The notes under the pieces are model-generated. The model did not search any database and was not told the DNA's origin. It worked only from the letters and a program-made list of their open reading frames with translations. A DNA stretch of 64,000 nucleotides from an uncultured Alphaproteobacteria bacterium (GTDB taxonomy: Bacteria; Pseudomonadota; Alphaproteobacteria; UBA7985; CAJQQZ01), in assembly GCA_905480575.1 (NCBI GenBank), contig CAJQQZ010000030.1, forward strand, positions 3,521-67,520, given 5' to 3'. The translations under genes and the position numbers were made by a program. Below, piece after piece: positions 17,880 to 27,649 of this stretch. Positions within the stretch are counted from its first letter, which is position 1. The number at the start of each line of letters is the position of its first letter.

Positions 17880-20318
17880 CTAACCTCTCACTCGTTCATT
17901 CCGGGGATCGAAAGCCGCAGCCGCTAGTGGTTCGAGTTCAAAACGTTGCCCGGCTATTGAGATTTCAAATTGAGCCTTACGATAATTTTTTAGACTCATA
18001 CCGACGGGTGTTTTGACCGATGCGAAACAGATGGATTTGCCCGTCCTAAAACCTCGCCCGCCTGATGTGGTTTGGCCGACAAGCTTCCCATTGCGGAAGA
18101 TCGGCTCATCATGCAGCAACAAGGGATGGCCGCCTTTGACGGCAAAGGTTAACAGCCGTCGATCAACGCCAGAACTTTTCTGTTCAACCAGAGCCTTGCG
18201 ACCAAGGAAATCACCTTTGTCCCAATCAATCGTGAAACCTAGCCCGGCATTCAATGGCGTATCTTCTGTCCCAATGTCATGGCCCCAGTGTTTATAGCCT
18301 TTTTCCAGGCGACAAGCATCCAACGCCAGATGGCCAACATGGGCTAAAACGTGATCTTTCCCTGCCGCAACCAATTGTTCATAAACGGAAGCTGCCTGTT
18401 CTGCAGGAATGTAAAGCTCCCACCCTAGCTCTCCAACAAAGGACACACGCGTTGCTCTGACCCGGTTCATGCCCAAGGCAATTTCCTTTGACGTGGAGAA
18501 CGGGAACGCCTCAAAAGAAAGGTCTGTATTCGTCAGTCTTTCCAGGAGAGCTCTACTCATTGGACCCATCAGGCCAAGAACCGCTTCTGACGAAGTCGAA
18601 TCCGTTACTATCACCTCGTGATTCTTTGCTTGCCTTTCCAGCCAAGCCAGATCTTTCCATCGCGTGGCCGCGCCAGAGACAATCCGGAAATGGTTGTCGG
18701 AAAATCTAGTGACCGTTATGTCCGCTTCGATGCCACCCTGTTCATTCAGCATCTGTGTGTAGACGGCTGTCCCGTCAGAAACATCAATATTGGAAGTGCA
18801 AAGATACAGAAGCATCTGCAGGGCCTGTGGCCCTCGAATGTCCAATTTAGTGAAGGGACTGAGTTCCAACAAACCAACACCAGAGCTCATAGCTTGAACT
18901 TCGCGCTTAGCCATTGGCCACCAATGTTGATCCTCGTAGGAATAGCGTAGGCTCTCTTCTTCTGCACTTTGCGCAAACCATAGTGGCAGTTCCCATCCCG
19001 TTGGTGCACCAAAGAAAGCGCCAGCGGCAGCAAATTGCTCATGCAGAACTGAGCGCTGTAACCCTCGGCCAGCTTTGGCTTGCTTGAGAGGCCAGTGTGT
19101 GCCGAACACGTCTCCAACTGCTTCTTTCATACGTTCCACAAGGTAGGGGCCTTGGCCAGACGTTCGGTGAAATCTCGCGATGTCAACGTCCCAAAGATCG
19201 AAAGGCGCCTGGCTGTCCCTCACCCATTCGGCCATGGCCTTTCCGACACCTGCGGAAGACATCATACCCACTGAATTCATACCTGCCGCTAAGAAGAAGC
19301 CCTTGAGAAAAGGCGATTCACCCAACAAAGGACGGCTGTCCGGTGTGAATGATTCCGGCCCGTTCATGAAGTGCTGGATACCTGTTCGTTCAAGAGCTGG
19401 TAGTCGGTTTAGGCCGCCAGCCATAAAATGCTCAAATTGATTCCAGTCCTCGGGCAGTTCCAAGAACGCGCGATCTCCTTCTGGCCCGTAGGCCTCCCAG
19501 GGCTTGGCGTTGTATTCGAACCCACCTAGAACCAGTTTCCCAGTGTCACCCTTGATGTAAATTCCACCGTCTAGATCACGGAGGATTGGGAAAGGGTTGG
19601 GCAATTCAGGCATCGCTTCGGTGACCACATACATGTGCTCGACGGCCTGTAGTGGCACAGGGACACCAGCCATTTCACCCAGTCTCTGCGACCAAGCGCC
19701 AGCGCACACAACCACCTTTTCGCAAGAAATTTCCTCACCTGTCGAAAGCGTGAGGCCCCGAACCTGTCCGTTATGTCGATGAAATGCCGAGCATGCTGTG
19801 TCTTCTCGGATTTCTATTCCGGCGGCCCGCACTGCTTTGGTATAGGCCATACAGATATCAACCGGCGTGGCTTGACCGTCTTCAGCAACATAAAGGCCGC
19901 CAACCAGATCATCGGTTCTAAGATAGCTCGCTTGTTCTTTGATTTCGTCAGGTGTCACGAGATGGGCATCCATAGCCATCATACCACCAACGTCTGCTAT
20001 CCTTGCCAATTCGATCATGCGCTCTTGAGATTTGGTTAGCCAAAATCCACCCGTGCGCTTGTACCCCGTTGTTTGGCCGGTCTCTTCTTCTAAAGCAGGA
20101 AATAGTTCTGTGGCATATGACGCAAGCTTTGTGCCGTTCACAGAGGCACGTAATGGTCCAACGATGCCAGCAGCGTGCCAGGAGGTACCAGAAGTGAGCT
20201 TGTTACGTTCGATCAGCAGAACATCCGTGATGCCTAGCTTTAAGAGATGATAAGCAACCGAGAGGCCGATGATCCCACCGCCAATGATAACAATTTCTCG
20301 GTCCTGAGTTTTAGCCAC
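17880..20318 (-). CDS. GcvT-family FAD-dependent dehydrogenase (sarcosine/dimethylglycine dehydrogenase-like); probable GTG start at 20318
   Basis: IIGGGIIG, LTSGTSWHAAG, NGPESFTPD, RVSFVGELGWELY, CRLEKGY. Confidence 0.92.
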   Translation of the reverse strand: MAKTQDREIVIIGGGIIGLSVAYHLLKLGITDVLLIERNKLTSGTSWHAAGIVGPLRASVNGTKLASYATELFPALEEETGQTTGYKRTGGFWLTKSQERMIELARIADVGGMMAMDAHLVTPDEIKEQASYLRTDDLVGGLYVAEDGQATPVDICMAYTKAVRAAGIEIREDTACSAFHRHNGQVRGLTLSTGEEISCEKVVVCAGAWSQRLGEMAGVPVPLQAVEHMYVVTEAMPELPNPFPILRDLDGGIYIKGDTGKLVLGGFEYNAKPWEAYGPEGDRAFLELPEDWNQFEHFMAGGLNRLPALERTGIQHFMNGPESFTPDSRPLLGESPFLKGFFLAAGMNSVGMMSSAGVGKAMAEWVRDSQAPFDLWDVDIARFHRTSGQGPYLVERMKEAVGDVFGTHWPLKQAKAGRGLQRSVLHEQFAAAGAFFGAPTGWELPLWFAQSAEEESLRYSYEDQHWWPMAKREVQAMSSGVGLLELSPFTKLDIRGPQALQMLLYLCTSNIDVSDGTAVYTQMLNEQGGIEADITVTRFSDNHFRIVSGAATRWKDLAWLERQAKNHEVIVTDSTSSEAVLGLMGPMSRALLERLTNTDLSFEAFPFSTSKEIALGMNRVRATRVSFVGELGWELYIPAEQAASVYEQLVAAGKDHVLAHVGHLALDACRLEKGYKHWGHDIGTEDTPLNAGLGFTIDWDKGDFLGRKALVEQKSSGVDRRLLTFAVKGGHPLLLHDEPIFRNGKLVGQTTSGGRGFRTGKSICFASVKTPVGMSLKNYRKAQFEISIAGQRFELEPLAAAAFDPRNERVRG

Positions 20319-20386
20319 GGTCCCACCTGAGCTTCGATACAACCAAGACACCTAAGGTCAAAAGAAGATTGCTGTCAAAGTCAAAA

Positions 20387-20800
20387 TTACGACCGATTTG
20401 TGATTGTCACTAATCCCTGTTCAGGATCAACAGTGACGTGATCACCCGATTGGATCAAAGCCGTCACGTCGCCGTCCTCAAATCTATCAACCATCGGCAG
20501 ACCGGCCAAAGCTGCACCCTGGACCAGGATAGTGTTGGCCGCGTTAAAAATAATGGCCTTTGGCGTAATACCTCTGGACTTCATTTCGTGTAACATCCAG
20601 GCTGAAGCAACGCCGCCTTTAGCGGTATTGAAAACCAAAATCTTACCATCATAAGACTGGCCATGGAGTTTGTGAGCAGGCCTGGAGAAAACACCATTAA
20701 TGCGGTCCAGGTCATAGCGTGCGGAGAAATCATCTGACGTTACTAAGGCTTCTCCTTCGACCTTTGGGCCGAACCCTTTGTGACACTTGAGCTCTATCAT
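20387..20800 (-). CDS. Aconitase X swivel (small) subunit, DUF126
   Basis: GPKVEGEALV, HKLHGQSYDGKILVF..AKGG, PKAIIF; ATG at 20800 overlaps the stop of the large subunit (ATGA). Confidence 0.85.
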   Translation of the reverse strand: MIELKCHKGFGPKVEGEALVTSDDFSARYDLDRINGVFSRPAHKLHGQSYDGKILVFNTAKGGVASAWMLHEMKSRGITPKAIIFNAANTILVQGAALAGLPMVDRFEDGDVTALIQSGDHVTVDPEQGLVTITNRS

Positions 20801-22041
20801 TGAACGATCTCCCCAGCCACAGCAGACGCAATACAATCCTCCATCGAAGCCAAAGCAGGCCGATAGCCGTAGCCTCCCAAAATGTTCACGATCTTAGTTG
20901 AGTTCGACAACAGTCGCTTCCACCCATTGGCCTCACCAATCTCGCGGGCGTATTGTTGGTAGAAGCAGGTGCCTTGCAGCACTTTTCCGCCAAAAGCTTC
21001 TATAGCATCGTTGTAGCGCATCCGTTGAGCATCCGCATAAACAGAGGGCGCCGTGCAAACAATTAGAGCCGTATCTTGATGCCTTCTTCGATCTCGGCAT
21101 AGACCCGCGACTTGCTGCATTTCCACCAAAGAAAGCTGCGGTGCCGCGAAGACCACAACATCAACTTTCTCCCCTTTGGCTCCGAATGGAGCGCGCAAGG
21201 CGGAAATGTCTTCGCTTGTGATCGTCTCGGCAGCCAGTTTTTCACCGCCTACGTCCTTGAGGCTGTGGCACTCTGGTGTGATCCCTACGATGTGGAATAG
21301 TGGCGTTGAACCGTAGGAGGCCATAGCCGCTCCAAAATGCTTGATTTCGTCCGAGGTTGGGACGCTTTCAATGCCTTCAATCACCGGTACTTCCCAATAG
21401 GAACCTGCCTGCTTTCCAATGGTAGCACCCAGTACCCCCCAGTCTGTCAACTCCCCGGGTTGCTCCGTCACTCGGTAGCGTTTGGTCGCTTGCCGGTGTT
21501 TGTCAAGGTGCAATCCATAGCGCGGTGTCCGCCCCGTTAAACCGGCCGCTAAAGCCGACGGCCCGCCCTCAAAATTGGACCGCGCCCCGCAAACCGAATT
21601 TGAGTAAATCACCACCCCAGTATCGCCGTAAGCCACATGGTCACCCAAAACCGGCGGCATAATGGTTTGATAGTTGATGCAGGTATCCGTCATCATGATC
21701 CCTAGTTTTTCGCAAGCAGCCACAAATCGACGCTCAAGATTAGCCATCTCTTCTGTCTGGCCCAAAGGATCATAGTAGGACAAATCCACACCACGCGGAT
21801 CGGTAATCATGGGTATGGCTACCTTGCGTTCTAACACTGAAAGTTCAGCGAACTGCTCAACAAAGGCGACGCCCGCTTCACCGAGAGATTCCGGGTCCGC
21901 CATCATATGGGCCTGGCTGACAGCAACCATATCTTCTGCGTCAAACATGCCACCAACCTGCTTCTGATGCTCGATTGCCCACTGTCGTGCTGGGCCCATT
22001 TCGCCCGCCAACATGGCTCGTTCTTTTTCTGATAATTTCAT
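20797..22041 (-). CDS. Aconitase X catalytic (large) subunit, DUF521
   Basis: MKLSEKERAMLAGEMG, TCINY, VIYSNSVCGARSNFEGGPSALAAGLTGRTPRYGLH, FHIVGITPE, APQLSL; Cys in TCINY, VCT and GTC. Confidence 0.88.
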   Translation of the reverse strand: MKLSEKERAMLAGEMGPARQWAIEHQKQVGGMFDAEDMVAVSQAHMMADPESLGEAGVAFVEQFAELSVLERKVAIPMITDPRGVDLSYYDPLGQTEEMANLERRFVAACEKLGIMMTDTCINYQTIMPPVLGDHVAYGDTGVVIYSNSVCGARSNFEGGPSALAAGLTGRTPRYGLHLDKHRQATKRYRVTEQPGELTDWGVLGATIGKQAGSYWEVPVIEGIESVPTSDEIKHFGAAMASYGSTPLFHIVGITPECHSLKDVGGEKLAAETITSEDISALRAPFGAKGEKVDVVVFAAPQLSLVEMQQVAGLCRDRRRHQDTALIVCTAPSVYADAQRMRYNDAIEAFGGKVLQGTCFYQQYAREIGEANGWKRLLSNSTKIVNILGGYGYRPALASMEDCIASAVAGEIVQ

Positions 22042-22174
22042 TCTGCAAACTCCCAAGCCTAAGTATCTACCGCGTGAAATGACCGATTCAAGTCAAATAT
22101 GAAACAAGTTAAAACAACCCTTGATTGATGAGCGCTGGATTTTAAGTTATCGTTTTGTTTAGGAGGGCACAGCC

Positions 22175-23044
22175 ATGATTAGAAGCACTTGGTTATTTTT
22201 CTTCATTTGTACAACTTCTGTACTTGTTTTAGGAAGCGATACACTCTTCGCGACAGAGCACCCCCATGAGGATCCAAACACCAATCCCAAATTAGCCGAA
22301 ATCTTTGCCTGGTTAACTGTTGCTGTCGTGCTGATGGAAAACGCATTCGCTGTAATTTTTAACTCCAGGTTCTTTCTCATTTTCTTCAGCCGAAAAGGCC
22401 TACGGTCCCTCATCATTATCCTGGGGTCATCGTTGGTTGTTTGGAAATTCAATTTGGATATCTTTGCGGATCTCTTCAATGCTGTGGTCCCAGACAAACC
22501 AATTGATAGGGGCTTTTTTTCAGGCTTCTTAAGTGCCCTCACTCTCAGCGGCGGTAGCGCGAGTCTACACACCCTGATGACCAAACTTTCAATTCGCTCC
22601 GACAGAACCGACGTGGAGGAAAAGCCTGAAAGCGGCAAAGCTTGGATAGTAGTGAGAGCCGCCGGGTTGTTGCCCAATCAAAGTTTGATGGTTGAGTTAA
22701 ATGAGATTGCTACCCCAGAAGACGCCGATGCCAAACAAACCCATCATGTCGTTGGAATGTGCCGTGCCAGACAAAAACCCTGGCCACTGATCAAAGACTA
22801 CTTTTTATCAAGGAGCGATCGGTTTCCAAGAAATGGTGGTTACGAAGTCAAACCGGACACGACTTACAAAATTTGGGTCGCGAAATTCGACGGCGACCAA
22901 CCCAACAGACCTGCCAATTGGCAACTATTAAACGATTCACTTTTCACATTCGAATCCAGAGCAATTCTAGATTTTGATATAAAAGAAAGTTTCTTCACAT
23001 CAGACCCGATTACGCCCCCCAAAGATCCCAAAACAGAGAGCTGA
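22175..23044 (+). CDS. Hypothetical membrane protein (N-terminal hydrophobic segment, about 3 TM helices, soluble C-terminal domain)
   Basis: 289-aa ORF with GGAGG SD directly upstream; hydrophobic segments and LSALTLSGGSASLH motif. Confidence 0.7.
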   Translation: MIRSTWLFFFICTTSVLVLGSDTLFATEHPHEDPNTNPKLAEIFAWLTVAVVLMENAFAVIFNSRFFLIFFSRKGLRSLIIILGSSLVVWKFNLDIFADLFNAVVPDKPIDRGFFSGFLSALTLSGGSASLHTLMTKLSIRSDRTDVEEKPESGKAWIVVRAAGLLPNQSLMVELNEIATPEDADAKQTHHVVGMCRARQKPWPLIKDYFLSRSDRFPRNGGYEVKPDTTYKIWVAKFDGDQPNRPANWQLLNDSLFTFESRAILDFDIKESFFTSDPITPPKDPKTES

Positions 23045-23076
23045 GTTTCGGTAACAGGGCGAGCGAAAATACACTG

Positions 23077-24324
23077 CTAAATAATCAAATTCGACAATAT
23101 GTCGTTGTCAGTTATGTCCTGAAAACCGAAGCCATTGTTGGTCATGCGATGCTCAAAGTCAGCAAAATTTTCGGCACTGCTTGTTTCCAGACCAATAAGA
23201 ATCGTACCAAAATTGCGCGCTGATTTTTTCATGTACTCAAATCGAGAGATATCATCGTCTGGACCTAGCAATGAGAGAAAATCCTTTAGAGCACCGGGGC
23301 GCTGTGGAAGACGGAGGATAAAGTACTTTTTGAGGCCTGAGTATTTTAGGGCCTTCTCTTTCACTTCTGGCAAGCGCTCAAAATCAAAATTGCCGCCAGA
23401 GGTCAAGCAGACAACTTTTTTACCTTTCAGCTCATTTGGATCAAGATCTGTCAAAGCATCAATCGTCAAGGCGCCCGCTGGCTCTAGAACAATGCCTTCT
23501 ATGTTCAGCATTTCGATAATAGTGGTACAGAGGCGTGTTTCCGGCACAAGAACCATGGCGGCAGGATCATGGTCGGCTAACACTTGGTAGTTCGCTCTTC
23601 CTATTTGTGCGACGGCTGCGCCGTCAACAAAGTTGGAAAGCGTCGCTAACTTAACTCTCTCTCCGGCATTCAGAGCAGCATGCAGCGAAGCCGCTTCTGC
23701 CGGTTCCACCAATAGGATCTTGGTAGAGGGTGAAAAGTCGGCGAATACTTGAATGACACCGGCTGACAGACCGCCACCGCCCACTGGTAACAAAAGGATG
23801 TCGATCGCTGGTTCTTGCTCCAACATCTCCAATGCAACAGTGGCTTGGCCTTCTATAATGTCCAAATGATCAAAAGGTGGAACAAAAGCAGCCCCAACAG
23901 ATTCTGCAAATTCAATCGCCGCCGTATTGCACTCGTCAAAAATATCACCGACTAAACGGATCTCAGTTTCGCCTTTGCCAAAAACCTCCGTCTTGGTGAT
24001 TTTCTGTGCAGGTGTGGTCGTTGGCATAAAGATTGTGCCGCGCTTGCCAAAGTGATCGCAGGCCCAGGCAAAACCTTGAGCGTGATTGCCAGCTGACGCA
24101 CAAACGAAATGGTCAAGCTCTGGATTATCGGCCAATGCTTTACGAAAGAAGTTGTAGGCACCGCGGAGCTTATAGGACCGAACGGGGGACAGGTCCTCGC
24201 GCTTCAGTAGGACTGAGCATCCAAAGCGTTGACTTAGGTGGAGGTTCTCGGCCAAAGGCGTAGGCTGCAGAACTGACTGCATCGCCGCCTTGGCTTGACG
24301 CACGGACTGAAGAAAAGCTGACAT
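23077..24324 (-). CDS. ilvA: Threonine ammonia-lyase, biosynthetic, short form
   Basis: KREDLSPVRSYKLRGAYN PLP lysine, CASAGNHAQG, LEPAGAL, LPQRPGALKDF ACT domain. Confidence 0.95.
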   Translation of the reverse strand: MSAFLQSVRQAKAAMQSVLQPTPLAENLHLSQRFGCSVLLKREDLSPVRSYKLRGAYNFFRKALADNPELDHFVCASAGNHAQGFAWACDHFGKRGTIFMPTTTPAQKITKTEVFGKGETEIRLVGDIFDECNTAAIEFAESVGAAFVPPFDHLDIIEGQATVALEMLEQEPAIDILLLPVGGGGLSAGVIQVFADFSPSTKILLVEPAEAASLHAALNAGERVKLATLSNFVDGAAVAQIGRANYQVLADHDPAAMVLVPETRLCTTIIEMLNIEGIVLEPAGALTIDALTDLDPNELKGKKVVCLTSGGNFDFERLPEVKEKALKYSGLKKYFILRLPQRPGALKDFLSLLGPDDDISRFEYMKKSARNFGTILIGLETSSAENFADFEHRMTNNGFGFQDITDNDILSNLII

Positions 24325-24384
24325 AATTACTCAATCGAAAAAGGGATCGCCTAACTAGCAAGCCACTTTGCCGATAGCAACAAC

Positions 24385-25788
24385 CTACATCATCTCACTT
24401 TGAACTTCCTGGATCGCTTTATCCAAGATATCAAAGAGTTCGTCGATCTCATCTTTCTGAATAATCAAAGGGGGCGAGAAAACACATAGATTAAAGATCG
24501 GGCGCACAATGAGCCCCATCTCCTCGCACTTTGCATCGACGCGGTAGCCGAAATCAGTATCGATCGCCAAGCGCTTTTCCTCAGGCAGATCCGGTGCCGC
24601 AGTTCCTTCGACACAACCAACCAAACCCATCCCTCTGGCGTTACCAATGATGTCATGACGAACGAGATCTTTGAGGCGTTCCTGGAAATGTGGCGTCAGC
24701 TCCCGGACATGTTCTAACAAGCCGTCGCGTTCTATGATTTCAATATTCTTGAGAGCCGCCGCACAGCAAATTGGGTGGCCGGAGTAGGTGAAACCGTTGG
24801 AGAAGGTGGCAACATAATCCTCACTCTCATCACCAATATCATTCATCAATCGATCAGATATGATCGCGGCGCCCAATGGCTGATACCCCGATGTTAAACC
24901 TTTCGCACAGGTGATGATGTCAGGAACAATATCAAACACAGGCTCTGAGGCAAACCAATGGCCCAAGCGGCCGAAACCTGTCACGACTTCATCAGAAATG
25001 TAGAGGACATCGTGTTTGCGGCAGATTTCCAAGCAGCGCTTGTGATAACCTGGCGGCGGTACAATCACACCACCGGAAGCCAAAAGTGGTTCCGCAATAA
25101 ACGCAGCTACTTTGTCAGCACCGGCATCCAATATGGCGCTTTCTAAGTCCACAATTTTTGCATCACACCAGTCTTCAACTGACATACCACTTGGTCGAAC
25201 ATAAGGATTTACATCTGATAGGAACCGCACCAGATGTTCCGCTGTATCCATGTGCGATTTATCGCGTGCCTTACCCGATACAGAAGCCGCCAGGTAAGTT
25301 GAACCGTGATAACCGCGTTCCCTGGCGATCACTAGCTTCTTTTCCGGGCGGCCCTTGAGATTATTATAAAAATGAACGAAACGAAGCGCCGTATCAACTG
25401 CCTCTGACCCACCATTGGTCAGGAACACGCGATTGAGATCACCAGGAGCGAATTCAGCGATTTTTCGCGACAAAACAGACGCGGGCTCAGCCGCCATCCC
25501 GAATGGGTTGAAATAAGGCAACGCCATCGCCTGTTCAGCAATCGCATCCGCCATTTCTTGGTTGCCGTAGCCAATTTGAACGCACCACATACCACCAGGG
25601 CCGTCGATGTAGCGCTTACCATCGGGGCCAATCAAATGGATGCCTTCGCCTCTCGCTACAATCGTGCGATTGGGATCATCGCCACCTACGCCATTCCAAG
25701 GGTGAATAAAATGTTCATTGTCCCAATCACGGATGTCGTCAGGACTGACACCATTGTGTTGGCTATTTACCTGTGCTTCTAAAGACAT
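24385..25788 (-). CDS. Class III (omega-amino) aminotransferase
   Basis: DGPGGMWCVQIGYG, RGYHGSTY, FIAEPLLASGGV, DEVVTGFGRLG, ITCAKGLTSGY. Confidence 0.92.
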   Translation of the reverse strand: MSLEAQVNSQHNGVSPDDIRDWDNEHFIHPWNGVGGDDPNRTIVARGEGIHLIGPDGKRYIDGPGGMWCVQIGYGNQEMADAIAEQAMALPYFNPFGMAAEPASVLSRKIAEFAPGDLNRVFLTNGGSEAVDTALRFVHFYNNLKGRPEKKLVIARERGYHGSTYLAASVSGKARDKSHMDTAEHLVRFLSDVNPYVRPSGMSVEDWCDAKIVDLESAILDAGADKVAAFIAEPLLASGGVIVPPPGYHKRCLEICRKHDVLYISDEVVTGFGRLGHWFASEPVFDIVPDIITCAKGLTSGYQPLGAAIISDRLMNDIGDESEDYVATFSNGFTYSGHPICCAAALKNIEIIERDGLLEHVRELTPHFQERLKDLVRHDIIGNARGMGLVGCVEGTAAPDLPEEKRLAIDTDFGYRVDAKCEEMGLIVRPIFNLCVFSPPLIIQKDEIDELFDILDKAIQEVQSEMM

Positions 25789-25849
25789 AGATTAGGAAGT
25801 AGCTCTAGAATGCTGTCGCTTCAAGTCTCAGATGGGATAGATCAGAATT

Positions 25850-26623
25850 ATGAAGATTAGACTCCTGACAGAGAATTTGGCCTCGGACATGGTTTGGTTG
25901 GCCGAATGGGGTTTCTCCGCCTGGATAGAGTATGCAGGTAAGAACATTCTGTTCGATACCGGTTACTCTGACGTTTACCGCAAGAATGCCGCTCATGCAG
26001 GGATTGACTTGGAAGAGGCTGATTTCCTAGCACTTTCCCATTTTCATCGGGATCACACGAGGGGACTCCTTTATCATCCTTTCGAAAGCAAAAAGAAATT
26101 GCTCCTTCATCCAAGAGTGCTGACAGCGCGCTACAAAAGTGATGATGAACAACTCCATGCCGATTATGCCGATATTCGAACGACACTCACTGATGACTTT
26201 GAATTGATACAAACAACCGACCCTGTCGAATTTGTTGAGGGTGCGTTTTTCTTGGGCGAAATTCCACGAGCGAACTCCTTTGAGAAAGGTTGTTTCTTCG
26301 AAGATCCTATGGAAGACGACACCGCGCTGGCCTTCAAAACTGACAAAGGCGTCGTGGTCGTCTCAGGTTGTTCTCACGCAGGCATCTGCAACATCTGTGA
26401 ATACGCAAAAGCCGTTACTGGCCAACCACTCTATGCCGTCGTCGGAGGCTTTCACCTGATGCATGACGAGGATCCACCGGTACAAGAAACCATTGATTAT
26501 TTTAGGGCCGAAGCGCCTGAACATTTGATGCCAGTGCATTGTATCGATTTCGATATTCAGGCCGCATTTCAAACAGCACTGGGCTACAACCGACCCGGGG
26601 CAGGATCTTTAATCGAGCTTTGA
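25850..26623 (+). CDS. MBL-fold metallo-hydrolase
   Basis: GFSAWIE..ILFDTG, LSHFHRDHTRG, SGCSHAGI, VGGFHL, PVHC. Confidence 0.88.
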   Translation: MKIRLLTENLASDMVWLAEWGFSAWIEYAGKNILFDTGYSDVYRKNAAHAGIDLEEADFLALSHFHRDHTRGLLYHPFESKKKLLLHPRVLTARYKSDDEQLHADYADIRTTLTDDFELIQTTDPVEFVEGAFFLGEIPRANSFEKGCFFEDPMEDDTALAFKTDKGVVVVSGCSHAGICNICEYAKAVTGQPLYAVVGGFHLMHDEDPPVQETIDYFRAEAPEHLMPVHCIDFDIQAAFQTALGYNRPGAGSLIEL

Positions 26624-26675
26624 TTTCGCTCAGAAACCTTCAAAACAGTTACCCAAGGGCTCAGCACCACAAGCA

Positions 26676-27641
26676 ATGAATGATCGATCACCCATTAAAT
26701 CAATCCTTGTCATCAACCAAAGCCGTGAGGAGGTAGAACCAGCTTTACTTGCCATTGTCGAAGATGTGGGAGTAACTTTCGCAACCGAACCTGATCAAGT
26801 ATTGCCCGCACTGGAAAAGGCCCAACCAGAAGCCATTTTTTCCATGTCGCAATCAACGTTCCCTGGATCGGCTCAACGCGAGGCCATTGATTTTCCATCC
26901 GTTCGCTGGTTTCATGTCGCCGGCTCGGGCTATGAGTACATCCAACCCTGGGACGGGGAGCGTGTGACTGTCACTAATGGGCAGGGAGTGTTGGCGCCTT
27001 TTCTGGCTGAGATGGTTTTGGGCGCGATGCTTATGTTGAATGGGAACTTCCCTAGTTATGGTGAACAACAGAGGAAGAGGATCTGGCAAAGACAATTCTT
27101 CAAACCAATAGAGGGGCAGACACTACTGATCGTTGGTGCAGGCGCTATTGGTTCTCTGGTTGCGGCGAAAGCCAAGAGCCAAGGAATGCGGGTCATCGCA
27201 ACCCGCCGAACACCCCAACCAGATCCGAACATTGATGAAGTTTACAGTGATGCCGAACTGCCCCGACTTTTGGCAGAAGCGGATTTTGTCTCTTTACATG
27301 TCCGGTTAACAGATCAGACCAAGCATCTATTCAATCAACAGACTTTCGATCGCATGAAGCCCGGTGCCTTCCTAATCAACACCTCAAGAGGCCCAGTTGT
27401 CGACGAAGAAGCCTTGTTGTCCGCCTTGCAGCGTGGACAAGTTGGTGGTGCCTATTTGGATGTTTTCGAGGTTGAACCTCTACCCAAGGAAAGTCCGTTG
27501 TGGGAAACTCCAAATGTCATCCTCACACCGCACGCCTCCGACAACATCATTGACTGGACCCACCGATGTACTGATTTGTTTGTACAAAACTTGCGCCGTT
27601 GGAATGATGGACAAGAACTGATCAATTTAGTGCAGTCTTAG
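26676..27641 (+). CDS. D-2-hydroxyacid dehydrogenase
   Basis: VGAGAIG, DFVSLHVRLT, LINTSRG, LDVFEVEPLP, LTPHAS. Confidence 0.9.
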   Translation: MNDRSPIKSILVINQSREEVEPALLAIVEDVGVTFATEPDQVLPALEKAQPEAIFSMSQSTFPGSAQREAIDFPSVRWFHVAGSGYEYIQPWDGERVTVTNGQGVLAPFLAEMVLGAMLMLNGNFPSYGEQQRKRIWQRQFFKPIEGQTLLIVGAGAIGSLVAAKAKSQGMRVIATRRTPQPDPNIDEVYSDAELPRLLAEADFVSLHVRLTDQTKHLFNQQTFDRMKPGAFLINTSRGPVVDEEALLSALQRGQVGGAYLDVFEVEPLPKESPLWETPNVILTPHASDNIIDWTHRCTDLFVQNLRRWNDGQELINLVQS

Positions 27642-27649
27642 GAGCGCTT

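Noticed and set aside
22159-22677. 172-aa minus-strand ORF
   Set aside because: Antisense to the 22175-23044 gene, which has the SD and coherent TM pattern.
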